A stretch of 16,292 bases of DNA from Pseudomonadota bacterium (GTDB lineage Bacteria > Bdellovibrionota_B > Oligoflexia > Oligoflexales > CAIYRB01): contig JANOTL010000009.1 in NCBI GenBank assembly GCA_031416315.1, positions 1 to 16,292 of the forward strand, written 5' to 3'. The notes below the pieces were generated by a model. It was given only the letters and a program-made list of their open reading frames with translations. It was not told the origin of the DNA and made no database searches. Every line of letters starts with the position of its first letter. Within the stretch, counting starts at the first letter, position 1. Both the position numbers and the translations under genes were made by a program. Of this stretch, positions 16,025 through 16,292 are shown one piece after another.

Positions 16025-16052
16025 TCAGGCTCTGGCCCTAAATTGCCGATAG
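16025..16052 (+). promoter_or_regulatory. Sigma28 (FliA)-like promoter
   Basis: TCAGG (16025-16029), N15, GCCGATAG (16045-16052), 35 nt upstream of ATG 16088. Confidence 0.65.
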
Positions 16053-16087
16053 ATCTCCCTAGGATAGAACCGAAAGGGAGCCTCTGC

Positions 16088-16292
16088 ATGCGTTCGTTGA
16101 ACCGCATCGCCGCCACCGTCGCTTTGAGTCTGCTCGCCGCCTGCGGCAGCAAGGGCGATACGCGCGAATGGTCCACGGGCTCCGCAGCGGACGGCAAGAA
16201 GGTCGCGAAGACCACGACGAACAGCACCGGCGGCTCGACGAGCGGCGCTACGGGCGGCGCGACCGGCGGCACCCCCGGCCCTGCGGGCCCGG
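16088..16292 (+). CDS. Lipoprotein, 3'-partial, function unknown
   Basis: GGGAG SD. Translation MRSLNRIAATVALSLLAAC-GSKGDTREWSTGSAADGKKVAKTTTNSTGGSTSGATGGATGGTPGPAGP... shows lipobox LAA-C and a Gly/Thr/Ser linker. Confidence 0.85.
   Translation, partial: MRSLNRIAATVALSLLAACGSKGDTREWSTGSAADGKKVAKTTTNSTGGSTSGATGGATGGTPGPAGP

Noticed and set aside
16220..16292. Short tandem repeats as a CRISPR array or VNTR
   Set aside because: They encode the TGG(A/S) linker of the lipoprotein and have no repeat-spacer structure.
1..16292. Mobile element, prophage, defence system, CRISPR array, tRNA or rRNA
   Set aside because: No transposase, integrase, cas, reverse transcriptase or RNA-gene signatures were seen, and intergenic gaps are short.

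Overview
GC-rich bacterial chromosomal window with mostly housekeeping and envelope genes. A TIGR02147/DUF4423-like tail, a TIGR02266-type PilZ gene and many lipoproteins suggest a Bdellovibrionota/Oligoflexia or other 'deltaproteobacterial' host; this is inference. Gene order: end of a DUF4423-like CDS, secreted DUF4412-like protein, PilZ and mltG (minus), small DUF2007-like protein, mnmA-rnc-der, sterol desaturase-family gene, truncated hemoglobin and outer-membrane beta-barrel (minus, with a consensus sigma54 promoter), di-heme cytochrome c lipoprotein (sigma28-like promoter), metallophosphoesterase lipoprotein, DUF1499 protein, S41 peptidase homolog lacking its catalytic Ser, membrane protein, fumC, rpmG (missed by the ORF track), and the start of another lipoprotein (second sigma28-like promoter, also missed). 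I saw no mobile element, CRISPR array, tRNA or rRNA. I cannot support a self-contained new system. The best leads are the divergent sigma54/sigma28 heme-protein locus (7145-11793), repeated leaderless-gene promoter architecture, the S41 pseudoprotease, the obligatory mnmA/rnc overlap, and C>G skews at convergent gene ends. Family assignments come from motif recognition, not database searches.
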